Positions 1 to 9,587 of a stretch of DNA of 64,000 nt are shown in pieces. Both the position numbers and the translations under genes were made by a program. The notes under the pieces are model-generated. The model did no database searches. It had not been told where the DNA came from and saw only the letters and a list, made by a program, of their open reading frames with translations. How positions within the stretch are numbered: position 1 is the first letter of the stretch; every line of letters starts with the position of its first letter. Source of the DNA: Mycobacteriales bacterium (GTDB lineage: Bacteria > Actinomycetota > Actinomycetes > JAFAQI01); the NCBI GenBank assembly GCA_035504215.1, contig DATJSI010000062.1:31311-95310 (forward strand), read 5' to 3'.

Positions 1-368
1 CGTCGGCCTTCGAGAACGCCGGGAGCGACATCGAGAGCGGCAACGTCCTCGGGGCGGTGGGTGACGTCGCGATCGGCGCCGCCGACGACGGCGGAGACCT
101 GCTCGAGGGCGTCTACAACCTCGGTGGTGACGGGCTGGAGGCGGCGAAGGATCTCGGCGTGCAGACCTTCGGCCTCGGCGAGGATGTCGTCGACGACTCG
201 GTGAAGGGTGCGGAGTACGTCGGTGAGGGGGCTGAGGACGTTGCCAGCGCGGTCGGAGACGGAGTCTCCGACGCTGCGAGTGCCGTAGGCAGCGCGGTCG
301 AGGACGCAGCCGACGACGTGGAGGACGCCGCCGACGACGTGGGCGACGACATCGAGAGCATCTTCTAG
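1..368 (+). CDS. acidic low-complexity protein, 5'-partial (reading frame open to window start)
   Basis: ORF 57..368 has no in-frame stop upstream to position 3. The product is extremely D/E/G/A/V-rich with internal AVGDGVSDAASAVGSAVEDAADDVEDAADDVGDD repeats. No family was recognised. Confidence 0.35.
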   Translation, partial: SAFENAGSDIESGNVLGAVGDVAIGAADDGGDLLEGVYNLGGDGLEAAKDLGVQTFGLGEDVVDDSVKGAEYVGEGAEDVASAVGDGVSDAASAVGSAVEDAADDVEDAADDVGDDIESIF

Positions 369-541
369 CACCGGTTTTCAGGGCGATTCCGGCGATTTCG
401 GCGGTTCGCGGCCGCGGTCGGGGAGGCACTCTCCAGGCCTATTGTCCGGCGTACCGGCGGAACCTAGGATTCGCGGCGACGGCCGATTGATGACGCGGCT
501 CGTGCATCGCCCGGGGGGGCTGCGCCGTCATTCATTGGGTC

Positions 542-3481
542 ATGTCTGGCTCGATATGGGGGCACTTCATGCACACCCGGGTTCTGCTTCGACGCACGCA
601 CGTCCTGGTGATCGCATCGGCTGCGGTCGCCATCGCGGGAACACTCGTCCTGCCGACCTTCACCTCAGCCGCGGCCGCGACGTACCGGCCGGCGGTGGCG
701 AGCGTGCCGCATCCGGTCAGCGACGGCGCGGCTCGAGACCTCGGGGCGTACACCCCGGCCCAGACCATCCGCCTCGCGGTCGGCTTGCAGCTGCCGCACC
801 CGGCGGCGGAGCAGCAGTTCCTGGCCGCGGTCCAGGACAAGTCCTCGCCGCAGTTCCACCGGTTCCTGAGCGAGCCGGCGTGGACAGCTCGCTTCGGACC
901 GAGCCCCGCGGCGCAGCAAGCGGTGGTGTCGTGGGCCCAGCAGGCCGGGCTCACCGTCACGCACCTGTACCCGAACCGTCTCGTCGTGGATCTGTCCGGC
1001 ACCGTCGGGACGATCGAGAAGGCGCTGTCGGTCCAGATCAACAACTACCGGCTGAACGGAAAGACCTTCTTCGCCAACGCCCAGGCTCCGGCCGTGCCGG
1101 CATCGTTGACCGGCTTCGTGGAGTCGATCCAGGGGCTCAGCAGCCTGCAGACGATGTTCCCGGCGTCTCCGACCGCGCACGAGCCGGCCAGCCCGGCCTA
1201 CGTTCCCGGTCCGGTCGTCTCCAACGGTGCGCACGCCAGCGCGAACGGCAGCCGGTCCGCTTTGAAGCACGCCATGCGCGCGTCGCGAGGCATGACTCCG
1301 AACATCACCGACGGCGCCTACGACCCGACCGATCTCTACAGCTCCCAGGCCTACGACTTCACCGCCCTTGCCGGAGAGAGCGACTGCTGCAACCCGCTGG
1401 GCAACTCGGGGAACTCGCCGGCGCAGACGTCGATCGCGATCGCGACCTTCGGCTCGCAACAGACGAGCGACATGGTCGGGTTCCACGACCAGTACCCCTA
1501 CCTGGCATACGCCTTCCAGGAGAAGAACATCGACGGCTCGCCCGCGTGCTGTGACGCCGAGGGAACGATGGACTTGGAGTGGGCTACGGCGATGGCCAAC
1601 AGCTTCGGCGCGTCGCAGAACACGTCGAAGGTCTATCTGTACGACGGCGCAAACTTCAACGACGCCACCTTCACCGACATCTACAACGACATGGTGAGCG
1701 ACAATGTCGCGAGGGTGTTCAGCACGAGCTGGTCGTGCACGGAGAACTTCGGCTGTAACTCGTCCGAGATGTCGACGCGAGATGCGATCTTCAGCGAGAT
1801 GGTCGGCCAGGGCTGGACGCTCGTGGCGGCTACCGGAGACCGTGGCGCCTTCGACGACTGCTCCCACCTGTCAGTGAGCTTCCCGGCCTCGGACCCGAAC
1901 GTCGTCGGTGCCGGTGGGACCGAGCTGAGCCTGAGCTCGAGCTCGAAGTATGTGAGCGAATCGGCGTGGAGCGGGGGCCCGGACGGATGCGGGTCCAACG
2001 ACGGCGGCTCCGGCGGCGGCTGCAGTGCGGTGTACAGCGCGCCGTCGTACCAGAGCAACGAGCCGTGCGGAAGCGGGTCGCGCGCCGTGCCCGACCTCTC
2101 GTTGAACGCGGACTGGTACCACACCCCCCAGAACTTCTACTTCGACGGATCGCTGAGCGGCAACGGTGGCACCAGCATCGTTGCGCCGGAGCTGGCCGGC
2201 TTCTTCGCACAGGAGGACTCCTATCTCCTGAGCGAAGGCAGCATCTGTGGGTCCGGCTCGTCGCCCTGCGCGCCGATGGGCAATGCCAACTACCCGATCT
2301 ACGAGTCGGGGATCGATGGCGCGCCGCACAACCCGTACTACGACATCACGTCGGGCTGCAACTCCAACGACGTCGGCACGGGGTACTGCGCCGGCACCGG
2401 CTTCGACCTGGTGACGGGGTGGGGCTCGGCCAACATGCTCCAGCTCGCCTGGGCGATGAACTGGCATCTGTTCGCCGACGACGGCCGGCCCGACGTCACC
2501 TTCACCGGCCCGACGGCGGGTGTGTGGTACCGCACCGACCAGACGATCGGGATAGATGTCGCTGATACCGGTGGCGGCTTCCCGGCGAGCGGTGTCGCTG
2601 GCTTCAGCGATGCGTGGGACGCCGATCCCGGTGATCCCGCGAGTGAGGCGACTCCTGGCTCGGGCAACCCCTTCTACGCGGGTCCCGAGTTCGTCAAGGA
2701 AACGTCCGCCTCCCTCGACCTGGCTTCTGAGGGGCAGGGCTGCAACACCGTCGACGTCGAGGCATGGGACAACATGGGGCTGCAGTCCGGCGACCAGACC
2801 GACGGACCACTGTGTTACGACAGCGTCCCACCGTCGATCACCAAGGCGCCGAGCCTGAGCATCCAGAGCAACGTCCATCTCGGGTCGAGCGTCCCGGTCA
2901 CGGTGCGCTGGCATGCGACAGACGCGACCAGCGGGGTGAACCACTACACGCTCTACGAGAGCAAGGGCGGCGGCTCGTTCACCAAGTACGGCGTCACAAC
3001 ATCGTCGTCATTGACGTTGCACCTGGCTACGGGTCACAAGTACCGGTTCAAGGTGTCGGCGACGGACAACGCCGGCAACACCAGTACTACCAAGGCCGGC
3101 AAGACCTACACGCTGACCCGCGTGCAGGAGACGTCCAAGTCGATCGCCTACTCCTCGGGCTGGAAGCGGCACTCGCTGTCCGGCGCCAGCGGAGGTCACG
3201 TGAAGTCCGCGAAACACGGCGGCAGCACGGCGACCTTCTCCTTCCACGGGTCGCAGGTCGCCTGGGTGTCGACCGAGGGCCCGAAGTACGGGTCGGCGAA
3301 GGTCAAGATCGGCTCCGGAAAGGCGACCAAGGTCAGCCTGCACACATCGACCGCCGAGGCCGGATGGATCGTCGACGTCATCTCGACGTCGTCCGCCTCG
3401 CACAAGCTCGTGATCAGTGTGCTCGGCACGAAGGGACACCCGAGGGTCGACGTCGACGCGTTCATCGTCCTATCGGACTGA
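542..3481 (+). CDS. S53 (sedolisin/kumamolisin-type) serine peptidase with N-terminal pro-domain, signal/TM segment and C-terminal Ig/FN3-like beta domains
   Basis: 979-aa ORF. The N-terminus has a hydrophobic signal-like segment, then pro-kumamolisin activation-domain-like sequence. The sedolisin SGGTSxxAP serine motif is present (NGGTSIVAPELAG). The C-terminal about 350 aa carry FN3/Ig-like repeats (YRFKVSATDNAGN). Confidence 0.85.
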   Translation: MSGSIWGHFMHTRVLLRRTHVLVIASAAVAIAGTLVLPTFTSAAAATYRPAVASVPHPVSDGAARDLGAYTPAQTIRLAVGLQLPHPAAEQQFLAAVQDKSSPQFHRFLSEPAWTARFGPSPAAQQAVVSWAQQAGLTVTHLYPNRLVVDLSGTVGTIEKALSVQINNYRLNGKTFFANAQAPAVPASLTGFVESIQGLSSLQTMFPASPTAHEPASPAYVPGPVVSNGAHASANGSRSALKHAMRASRGMTPNITDGAYDPTDLYSSQAYDFTALAGESDCCNPLGNSGNSPAQTSIAIATFGSQQTSDMVGFHDQYPYLAYAFQEKNIDGSPACCDAEGTMDLEWATAMANSFGASQNTSKVYLYDGANFNDATFTDIYNDMVSDNVARVFSTSWSCTENFGCNSSEMSTRDAIFSEMVGQGWTLVAATGDRGAFDDCSHLSVSFPASDPNVVGAGGTELSLSSSSKYVSESAWSGGPDGCGSNDGGSGGGCSAVYSAPSYQSNEPCGSGSRAVPDLSLNADWYHTPQNFYFDGSLSGNGGTSIVAPELAGFFAQEDSYLLSEGSICGSGSSPCAPMGNANYPIYESGIDGAPHNPYYDITSGCNSNDVGTGYCAGTGFDLVTGWGSANMLQLAWAMNWHLFADDGRPDVTFTGPTAGVWYRTDQTIGIDVADTGGGFPASGVAGFSDAWDADPGDPASEATPGSGNPFYAGPEFVKETSASLDLASEGQGCNTVDVEAWDNMGLQSGDQTDGPLCYDSVPPSITKAPSLSIQSNVHLGSSVPVTVRWHATDATSGVNHYTLYESKGGGSFTKYGVTTSSSLTLHLATGHKYRFKVSATDNAGNTSTTKAGKTYTLTRVQETSKSIAYSSGWKRHSLSGASGGHVKSAKHGGSTATFSFHGSQVAWVSTEGPKYGSAKVKIGSGKATKVSLHTSTAEAGWIVDVISTSSASHKLVISVLGTKGHPRVDVDAFIVLSD

Positions 3482-3561
3482 CGTCAGGCGCGGCCGGCAT
3501 CGACCGGGTCGCCGAGCCGGTACAGCATCCGGCGACGTGCAGCATCGCGTCGCCCGCACTC

Positions 3562-3578
3562 AGCCGGCGACGCCGGCT
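3562..3578. terminator. GC hairpin between convergent protease and pilin genes
   Basis: agccgg-cgacg-ccggct inverted repeat in the 104-bp convergent intergenic region. No U-tract, as is usual for high-GC actinobacterial terminators. Confidence 0.25.
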
Positions 3579-3585
3579 CGCTCGA

Positions 3586-4038
3586 CTACTTCGGGCAGCC
3601 CTTGGCAGCCGAGGTGAAGGTGCCTGCCTGCAGGCCGCCGAGCGTGCTCTCGTAGGCGAACCACGAGCCCGAGTCGGATTGGGCGGTCAGGCAGAAGCCG
3701 GTCGAGCCGGTCTTGCCGGAGACCCGTTCGCCGTTGTCATCGGTGAGATACGCCTTGATGGCACTGACGTGGTCGGATTTCTCGTACTGCACGGCGTACT
3801 TCGCCGTCGTGCCGATGTCGGTCGAGAACTCGCCGGTCGACACCATGTAGTCCTCCTCGGCAATCGCGCCATGGTGCAGATCGCTCTTGGCCTGGGCGTC
3901 GTAGCTCGTCGAGATCTGATGGAGATAGACGGGTATGGCGATCGCGGCGAGGATGCCGATGATGATGATGACGACCAGCAACTCGATCAACGAGAACCCG
4001 CCCTCGGGATTCCTCGTCGGGCGCCTCGGCGGATGCAT
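3586..4038 (-). CDS. type IV pilin-like protein (prepilin-type N-terminal cleavage/methylation domain)
   Basis: An internal Met of ORF 3586..4230 gives MHPPRRPTRNPEGG|FSLIELLVVIIIIGILAAIAIP. This is a class III signal peptide with G-F cleavage site and conserved Glu5, followed by a hydrophobic helix. The chosen start is ATG at 4036-4038 (minus). Confidence 0.7.
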   Translation of the reverse strand: MHPPRRPTRNPEGGFSLIELLVVIIIIGILAAIAIPVYLHQISTSYDAQAKSDLHHGAIAEEDYMVSTGEFSTDIGTTAKYAVQYEKSDHVSAIKAYLTDDNGERVSGKTGSTGFCLTAQSDSGSWFAYESTLGGLQAGTFTSAAKGCPK

Positions 4039-4056
4039 GCGCAGTGCTCCCCAACT

Positions 4057-4071
4057 TAGATGCATAATGCA
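4057..4071. promoter_or_regulatory. AT-rich box TAGATGCATAATGCA upstream of pilin gene
   Basis: 15/16-nt identical copy at 5417..5431 upstream of the RidA-like gene. Both are about 20-45 nt upstream of minus-strand starts and are conspicuously AT-rich in a >70% GC context. Confidence 0.3.
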
Positions 4072-4189
4072 TGGACAAATGGGGTGTCGACCTCCAGAAA
4101 TGGACTCCGCATAGCCCGTTCGGCCCATTCCACCGCTGTCTCCGCCACTGATGTCCGGCCGGCTGTCGGGCCCGGGACGGTGTGCGGCC

Positions 4190-4669
4190 TCAGCGGTAGC
4201 GTGCGAGCCGGCTGACGGCCGTGTCCTCACAGGCCGGCACCGAGCTCGCCATGGCGAGCCGGCCGGCCGACACGATCCCGACCGGCCTGCCGCGGGCGGT
4301 CACGGGCAGCTGATGTGCCGACTGCCGGCGCATCAGCCGGTCGGCTTCGGCGATCGTCGCGGTCTGCTCGACCGCGGCGACCCGGCGGCAGATGTCGCCG
4401 AGCTTGGTCCGGGCCGGGTGGCGTCCTTCCACAATGGTGCGCACGATGATGTCGCCATCTGTCAGGACACCGCGGATGGTGCCGGCCTCCAGCACGATGA
4501 CGGCGCTTACGTCGGCTGATGTCATTCGTTGCGCCGCATCGGAAAGTGAGGCCGTGACAGGGAGCGTGACCGGGTCCGGCGTCATGACGTCGCTGAGGCG
4601 CACCGGCTTTGCCGGCGGCCCTTCGGGAGGCGAGGCAGACGCCGTCGTCAGCCTCCGAGCGCGCATCAT
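4190..4669 (-). CDS. CBS-domain pair protein
   Basis: Tandem CBS motifs (VMTPDPVTL..., GIVSAGRL). The start is chosen at the internal ATG whose ATGA overlaps the stop of the upstream STAS gene. The longer ORF to 4858 has an arginine-rich junk N-terminus. Confidence 0.7.
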   Translation of the reverse strand: MMRARRLTTASASPPEGPPAKPVRLSDVMTPDPVTLPVTASLSDAAQRMTSADVSAVIVLEAGTIRGVLTDGDIIVRTIVEGRHPARTKLGDICRRVAAVEQTATIAEADRLMRRQSAHQLPVTARGRPVGIVSAGRLAMASSVPACEDTAVSRLARYR

Positions 4670-4995
4670 TGCACGTCCGTGACGATGGCTTCGGCGACGC
4701 CGACTCGTTCGAGAAGCCAGCGGACCTGGGGTTGTGGTCGGATGATGTGTAGCCGGCGGCCGGAACGTTCGCAGCTGGTCGCGGCTTCTTCGATCGGATG
4801 GCTTCCGGTCACCCCCAAGAACGCGACCTCGGAGAGGTCGAGCGCGACCGTCCGCCACGGACCGGTGACAGCTCGGATCAGTTGGCCCTTGAGCTGCGCA
4901 ACGTTGGCGATGTCAATCTCGCCGCGCACTTGCAGGAGGAGTGTGTCGTCGTACGCGACTTCCGCGAACGGAAGGTCCTCGTTCCAGGCACTCAT
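4666..4995 (-). CDS. STAS-domain anti-sigma-factor antagonist (SpoIIAA-like)
   Basis: 109 aa, LQVRGEIDIANVAQLKGQL...LDLSEVAFLGVTG is a typical STAS fold signature. Translationally coupled to the CBS gene. Confidence 0.75.
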   Translation of the reverse strand: MSAWNEDLPFAEVAYDDTLLLQVRGEIDIANVAQLKGQLIRAVTGPWRTVALDLSEVAFLGVTGSHPIEEAATSCERSGRRLHIIRPQPQVRWLLERVGVAEAIVTDVQ

Positions 4996-5031
4996 TGTGT
5001 GAACGCCGGCAGCAACGCGAACAATGACGGC

Positions 5032-5373
5032 TCACCCTTCGCTCTTGCGACCCCGGGTGTTTTTGCGACTCCGGGTACGGCGTCTCGGTTCTGGCGTGGC
5101 CCGGTCGAGGTGGGCGGTGACTCGAACCTGCTCTCCAGGCGGTAGCTCGGCGAGCCGGTTGGCCATCGATCGGGGAGGGTGGTCGCCGAACACGATCCGG
5201 CGTGCTCTCATCACGGGCTCGATGCTGCTCGCTTCGGCGACCTCGACGGTCAGGTAGCCCATGGAGTCGAACCGACCGCCGACACTGTCGAGGAAGTCCT
5301 TCAGTCGCTGGAAGCAGTTCAGTGCCTGTGTCTCCGGGGTCCCGCCGGGCGACTCGAATCGTGCGACGGTCAT
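5032..5373 (-). CDS. RidA/YjgF-like (Rid family) small protein, putative
   Basis: Internal ATG at 5371-5373 gives a 113-aa product. Its C-terminal half (GYLTVEVAEASSIEPVMRARRIVFGDHPPR...LPPGEQVRVTAHL) resembles the Rid family tail. The longer ORF N-terminus is Cys/Arg junk. Confidence 0.45.
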   Translation of the reverse strand: MTVARFESPGGTPETQALNCFQRLKDFLDSVGGRFDSMGYLTVEVAEASSIEPVMRARRIVFGDHPPRSMANRLAELPPGEQVRVTAHLDRATPEPRRRTRSRKNTRGRKSEG

Positions 5374-5416
5374 GAAGATGGTGCTAGGCGTGCGGTCATG
5401 TTCGATCCTTACCCCA

Positions 5417-5431
5417 TAGGTGCATAATGCA
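5417..5431. promoter_or_regulatory. AT-rich box TAGGTGCATAATGCA (second copy)
   Basis: See 4057..4071. Followed by CACATGCAT. Confidence 0.3.
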
Positions 5432-5593
5432 CACATGCATAGAGCAACGATGTGCCCGACCCAAGTACGCTCCGGCCTCGCTCTGGCGCTGGGAACCCGG
5501 CCGTTGGCAGCGGCCGGCGGGCAATGACGCTGGCAAGGCACCGCGTCGAACGGGGATCGACTCGGGCATGGACACACTGACCGGCTCCCGGCA

Positions 5594-6064
5594 ATGACTG
5601 GCGCGCCGCGTTCGACGCCTTACTCGGCGCGGGCGATGTCTGGACATCGTGCCGGCGCCATAGTTCTCGCCGGCATCGACGGCACCCGAACCTCGATGCG
5701 TGCCGGCGCCTACGCCGTGGGCCTTGCGCGACGTCAACGCTCCTGCCTCGTGCTGGCGCACGTAGCGTCGCGGCCCAATCTGGCGATCGAACCCTCGTTT
5801 GTCGCGTCGGGCGTTACGGCGAACGACGAAGCGGTCGCTGACCTGTGGCACGAGGTGGGTACAGAGGTTGACCTGGCGAGCATGGAGGTGGAATACGTGA
5901 CCGGCCAGGGCGAGGTGGCCGCCGAGCTTGCCCGGATCGCCTGTGATCTCGGTGCAGCGGCGGTCGTTGTTGGAGCGTCCGAGCAGCTGCGGCATCGGTG
6001 GATCGGTTCGGTCGGCGCCCGGCTGGTCGCCCGGCGATTGTGGCCCGTGGTGGTCGTTCCCTAG
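5594..6064 (+). CDS. universal stress protein (UspA family)
   Basis: IVLAGIDGTRTSMRAGAYAV...AAVVVGAS is the UspA ATP-binding-type fold. Alternative start at 5636. Confidence 0.7.
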   Translation: MTGAPRSTPYSARAMSGHRAGAIVLAGIDGTRTSMRAGAYAVGLARRQRSCLVLAHVASRPNLAIEPSFVASGVTANDEAVADLWHEVGTEVDLASMEVEYVTGQGEVAAELARIACDLGAAAVVVGASEQLRHRWIGSVGARLVARRLWPVVVVP

Positions 6065-6094
6065 CCCTCGCGCGACGGTGCGACCTCAGGGCGG

Positions 6095-6886
6095 CTAAGG
6101 CGCGCCGCTCGCGACGATTCGCCGGTCGAGCAGCCAGCTGAAGACTCGTAGCGCGTCGGGGACGGTCCAGTCGAGGGATGGGTTGGGGTGCATGAGCGCG
6201 GCCTGTCCCTGGGAGCCGAGGAAACGTGCAAGGCGACGAGGTGGCGCCAGGCCCTGGGTGTCGGGGCTCCCGTCGATGACGTACCGCTCGCGACCTTCGC
6301 GATCGAGGTAGATCAGGTCGTCGGAGTGCACGATGTCGTAGGTCAACGGCTTGCCCGTGAGCCAGTCGGTGTCGGCGGGCGTTCCCTCCTTGACCCGGCG
6401 GTCGTAGACGCCGAAGTAGTGCCAGAGCCGGTGCGTGTCGGGAGGGCTCGCTCGCAGCAGGATCCAGTTGCTCGGCTCGGCGCCGTACAGCTTCTGGTAC
6501 GCGCGTAGCCGGTGCAGCGTGTCGCGGTGCGGGTCGAGCGTGATCTCGAGCAGCGCCGTCTGCGACTGGGCACCCTGGGCAGCGAGGGCTCGGGCCGTGG
6601 CCGCAGTGTTCGCGGAAATCAGTGGGCAGATGTCGGTGCACAGGGTCATGAAGTCCGCGATCATGACCGCCTTGCCACGAAAGGCGGCGAGGGTTGTGGT
6701 CGTGCCGTTGGCTTCGGTCAGTGGCATGGTGGCTAGGTCGGTGGGCAGCGCTCCATCGGCCTGCGCGCCGATCCGCGCCGACGGTGCCGGTATCCGGCCG
6801 GAGGAGGTCGTGCCCGCGCATCCGGCCAGCAGCGCCCCCGTCACGGCGAGGGCGATGATCGGGCCGGCCAGCCGGGTGCGAGTCAT
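6095..6886 (-). CDS. SCO1/SenC-family thioredoxin-fold lipoprotein (copper chaperone-like)
   Basis: Lipobox LLAGC after a signal peptide. FMTLCTDICP CxxxC motif and LEITLDPHRDT match Sco proteins. Start overlaps the ClC stop. Confidence 0.7.
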   Translation of the reverse strand: MTRTRLAGPIIALAVTGALLAGCAGTTSSGRIPAPSARIGAQADGALPTDLATMPLTEANGTTTTLAAFRGKAVMIADFMTLCTDICPLISANTAATARALAAQGAQSQTALLEITLDPHRDTLHRLRAYQKLYGAEPSNWILLRASPPDTHRLWHYFGVYDRRVKEGTPADTDWLTGKPLTYDIVHSDDLIYLDREGRERYVIDGSPDTQGLAPPRRLARFLGSQGQAALMHPNPSLDWTVPDALRVFSWLLDRRIVASGAP

Positions 6887-9054
6887 CGGGCTGCGCCGGA
6901 GGGCGGTTGCGGGTTCTTCGATCGCCGACGTGGTTGGGCCGGCGGGGCCGCGGGCGGCGCGGGCGAGCTGATGATCGAGGAGAGGTCGCCGACCTGGTCC
7001 GCCTTCACGAGCACGGTGAGCCGATCGCCGCGCGCGAGCACGGTGTCGGGCTCGACGGTGAGGCTCTCAACCGCGCGCCGAACCCCAAGCAGGAGGCTGC
7101 CGGCCGGCCATGCGACCGCCGCGACGCTCTGCCCGACGGGTGGAGTGTCGCGGTCGAGAAGCAAGTCGACGATGCGGAAGCCCCGAAGTTGTGGCTCAGG
7201 GAGTGCGATCGGCTCCGAGCCTGGCTCCGGCGGTGCCGTGCTCGCCTGCGACGCGGCTTCGATGCTCGAGACGCCGGCATGCAGGTGCTCGTTGTACGCG
7301 CGGAGCACGTCGCGATGGGTGAGCCAACCCTCGACCCCTTGTCCCCCGCGCGAGACGACGGGCAGGCCTGAACGGTCGTTGGCGACGAGCAGTTTGAGGG
7401 CGTCTTCGAGGGTCTGGTCGGGATGGATCGTCGGGGTGAGGATCGCGAGATCGCCGGCGGTCGCGTCCAGGCTGTTGTCCCGAGCCGCGGCCTCGATCTC
7501 GGCGGTCGTGACGCTCCCGCGGTAGATCCCGGACCCGTCGACAACCGGCAGGGCGTCGGTGCTGGCGGCGTCGAGGCTCCCGATAACGTCAGCGAGCGTG
7601 GCGTCTTGGGAAAGCGGGTGCGGCACCGGCTGCATCGCATCCCGAACCCGCAGGAGGGTCATGATGTTGGCCGCCCGCCCGCGCATGATGTCGATGCCAC
7701 GTCGTCGCAGCTTGAGGGTGTAGATGCTGTCGGAGCTGACCAGGTGGCTGACCCCCGCCGCGAGGACGATCGCCACCATCAGCGGCAACACGATGCGGTA
7801 GTCGCCGGTCAGCTCGAAGATGATCAGTACGGCGGTGATCGGCGCCCTGGCTGCACCCGCGAAGACCGCGCCCATCCCGATCAGGCCGTACGCCCCCGCC
7901 GGACCGGACGTTCCGGGGAACAAGCCGTGCGCCAGATCGCCGAACGCGGTGCCGAGCATGGCGCCCATGAACAGCGAGGGTGCGAAGACGCCACCCGAGC
8001 CTCCGATGGCGATCGTGAGGCTGACCGCGAGCAGCTTGCCGGCCATCAGCACGAGCAGGAAGCCGCCGTGGTAGTGCCCGCGGACGCCGGCTTCTAGGAC
8101 GGGGTAGCCGACGCCGTACATCTCGGGCAGGGCGAGCAGCAGTGCGCCGAGGAGCAGCCCACCGGTCGCCGGACGGAGCCATACCGGGCCTGGCCACCAG
8201 CGGTCGAACAGGTCCTCCATCCCGTAGAGAACCTTGATGAAGGCGACGCCGACGAAGGCGGCCACCAGCCCGAGGAGCGCGTAGAGCAGGTAGTCCCAGC
8301 CCGAGGCGAGGCTGAACGCGGGCAGTGCGAGGAACGCCCGGCTGCCGAAGGCCGCTCGGCCGATCACGTCGGCGGTGACCGAGGACAGCACGACGACCCC
8401 GAAGGACTCAGCGGCGAAGTCCTGCAGGATCAGTTCGAGCCCGAAGAACACCCCCGCGATCGGGGCGTTGAAGGTGGCCGAGATGCCGCCGGCGGCGCCA
8501 CACGCCACCATCAACCGGAGTCGTGATTCAGGCAGCCGGAGTCGCTGCCCGATTGTCGAGCCCAGCGCGGAGCCGATCTGCACGATCGGGCCTTCGCGGC
8601 CGACCGATCCTCCGGTGCCGATGCACAGTGCCGAGGCGAGCGATTTCACGATGGCAACGCCCGGGCCGATCCGACCGCCGCGTTCGGCCACCGCGAGCAT
8701 CACCTCGGGGACACCGTGGCCGCGTGCCTCCTTGGCGAACCGGTCGATCAGCGGTCCGTAGATCAGGCCGCCGATCACGGGCACCAGCAGCACGAAGTAG
8801 ATCCCGAGACCGGGCAGGTGCGGGCTGCTCACGTGGCCGGCATCGCTGTAGTCGCGCCGGCCGGTGGCGAGCTCGGTCACCCACAGGATGAGGTAGCGAA
8901 AGAGGACCGCACCGGCGCCCGCGCCGGCCCCCACGACGAGCGCGAGCGGGACCAGTCCTGTCGCCGATCCGCGCAGCCAGTCCGAGGCGATCCGTCGCCA
9001 GTCCTGCGGCACCGGCAGAGCTCCGGGCGCGAACCTCCGGCTGGGGGTGCTCAC
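6883..9054 (-). CDS. ClC-family voltage-gated chloride channel with C-terminal CBS pair and TrkA-C domain
   Basis: 723 aa, more than 10 TM helices, selectivity motifs GSVGREGP and GIFAP-like, two CBS domains, then an RCK_C-type tail. Confidence 0.85.
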   Translation of the reverse strand: MSTPSRRFAPGALPVPQDWRRIASDWLRGSATGLVPLALVVGAGAGAGAVLFRYLILWVTELATGRRDYSDAGHVSSPHLPGLGIYFVLLVPVIGGLIYGPLIDRFAKEARGHGVPEVMLAVAERGGRIGPGVAIVKSLASALCIGTGGSVGREGPIVQIGSALGSTIGQRLRLPESRLRLMVACGAAGGISATFNAPIAGVFFGLELILQDFAAESFGVVVLSSVTADVIGRAAFGSRAFLALPAFSLASGWDYLLYALLGLVAAFVGVAFIKVLYGMEDLFDRWWPGPVWLRPATGGLLLGALLLALPEMYGVGYPVLEAGVRGHYHGGFLLVLMAGKLLAVSLTIAIGGSGGVFAPSLFMGAMLGTAFGDLAHGLFPGTSGPAGAYGLIGMGAVFAGAARAPITAVLIIFELTGDYRIVLPLMVAIVLAAGVSHLVSSDSIYTLKLRRRGIDIMRGRAANIMTLLRVRDAMQPVPHPLSQDATLADVIGSLDAASTDALPVVDGSGIYRGSVTTAEIEAAARDNSLDATAGDLAILTPTIHPDQTLEDALKLLVANDRSGLPVVSRGGQGVEGWLTHRDVLRAYNEHLHAGVSSIEAASQASTAPPEPGSEPIALPEPQLRGFRIVDLLLDRDTPPVGQSVAAVAWPAGSLLLGVRRAVESLTVEPDTVLARGDRLTVLVKADQVGDLSSIISSPAPPAAPPAQPRRRSKNPQPPSGAAR

Positions 9055-9587
9055 AGCGATAGGCCCAACCCGAGCGCCGTATCCGTCGCTTCGCCCGCCG
9101 CATCGGTGAACACTCGCAGCGCCTGGATCAGGCTGGCCTGGTCACTCGCGGAGATGCGGGACAGCACTCGGCGCAGGTCCCGTCGACGTCGTGCCGTGAC
9201 CTCGTTGACCAGCCGCCTGCCCTCGGCGGACAGGCGCAGTTCGACCTCCCGGCGGTCGCTGTCCCGGTGGGCGCGTTCCATGAGCCCCTTGCGGACCAGG
9301 CGATCGCACATCCGGGTTGCCGTCGACGGCGTCACGTCGAGCGCGTCTGCGAGGTCCACCGGACGGAGTGCGCCACGCGTAGCGAGCACGACCAGGGCAC
9401 GGTACTGCGGCAGCGTCACCTGATCCTCCACCCTTCCGAGCGACCGCGCCGCGATCGCGACGAGCGCACGGCTCGCCGAGACCAACAGTTCGGTGGCGGA
9501 GTCCTCCACCGGATCGGGCCTTGGTCGCTGCACAGCAGCCAGTATTGCATTAGTACAACCAATGTTTATCTGCATGCAGCAGGGCAA
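9051..9587 (-). CDS. MarR-family transcriptional regulator (start uncertain, possibly GTG at 9509)
   Basis: Winged-helix MarR signature (LPQYRALVVLATRG...TATRMCDRLVRKGLMER). First gene of the MarR-ClC-SCO operon. An AT-rich stretch at 9540-9590 probably contains the promoter/operator. Confidence 0.7.
   Translation of the reverse strand: MPCCMQINIGCTNAILAAVQRPRPDPVEDSATELLVSASRALVAIAARSLGRVEDQVTLPQYRALVVLATRGALRPVDLADALDVTPSTATRMCDRLVRKGLMERAHRDSDRREVELRLSAEGRRLVNEVTARRRRDLRRVLSRISASDQASLIQALRVFTDAAGEATDTALGLGLSL

Noticed and set aside
442-1554. 370-aa Arg/Gly-rich ORF overlapping the protease start
   Set aside because: Out of frame with the well-supported S53 peptidase. Composition (R, G, P runs) is typical of alternative-frame artefacts in high-GC DNA.
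665-2944. Long minus-strand ORFs (400 aa, 357 aa) antisense to the S53 peptidase
   Set aside because: Arg/Ala/Gly-dominated low-complexity translations with no domain signatures. Antisense-frame artefacts.
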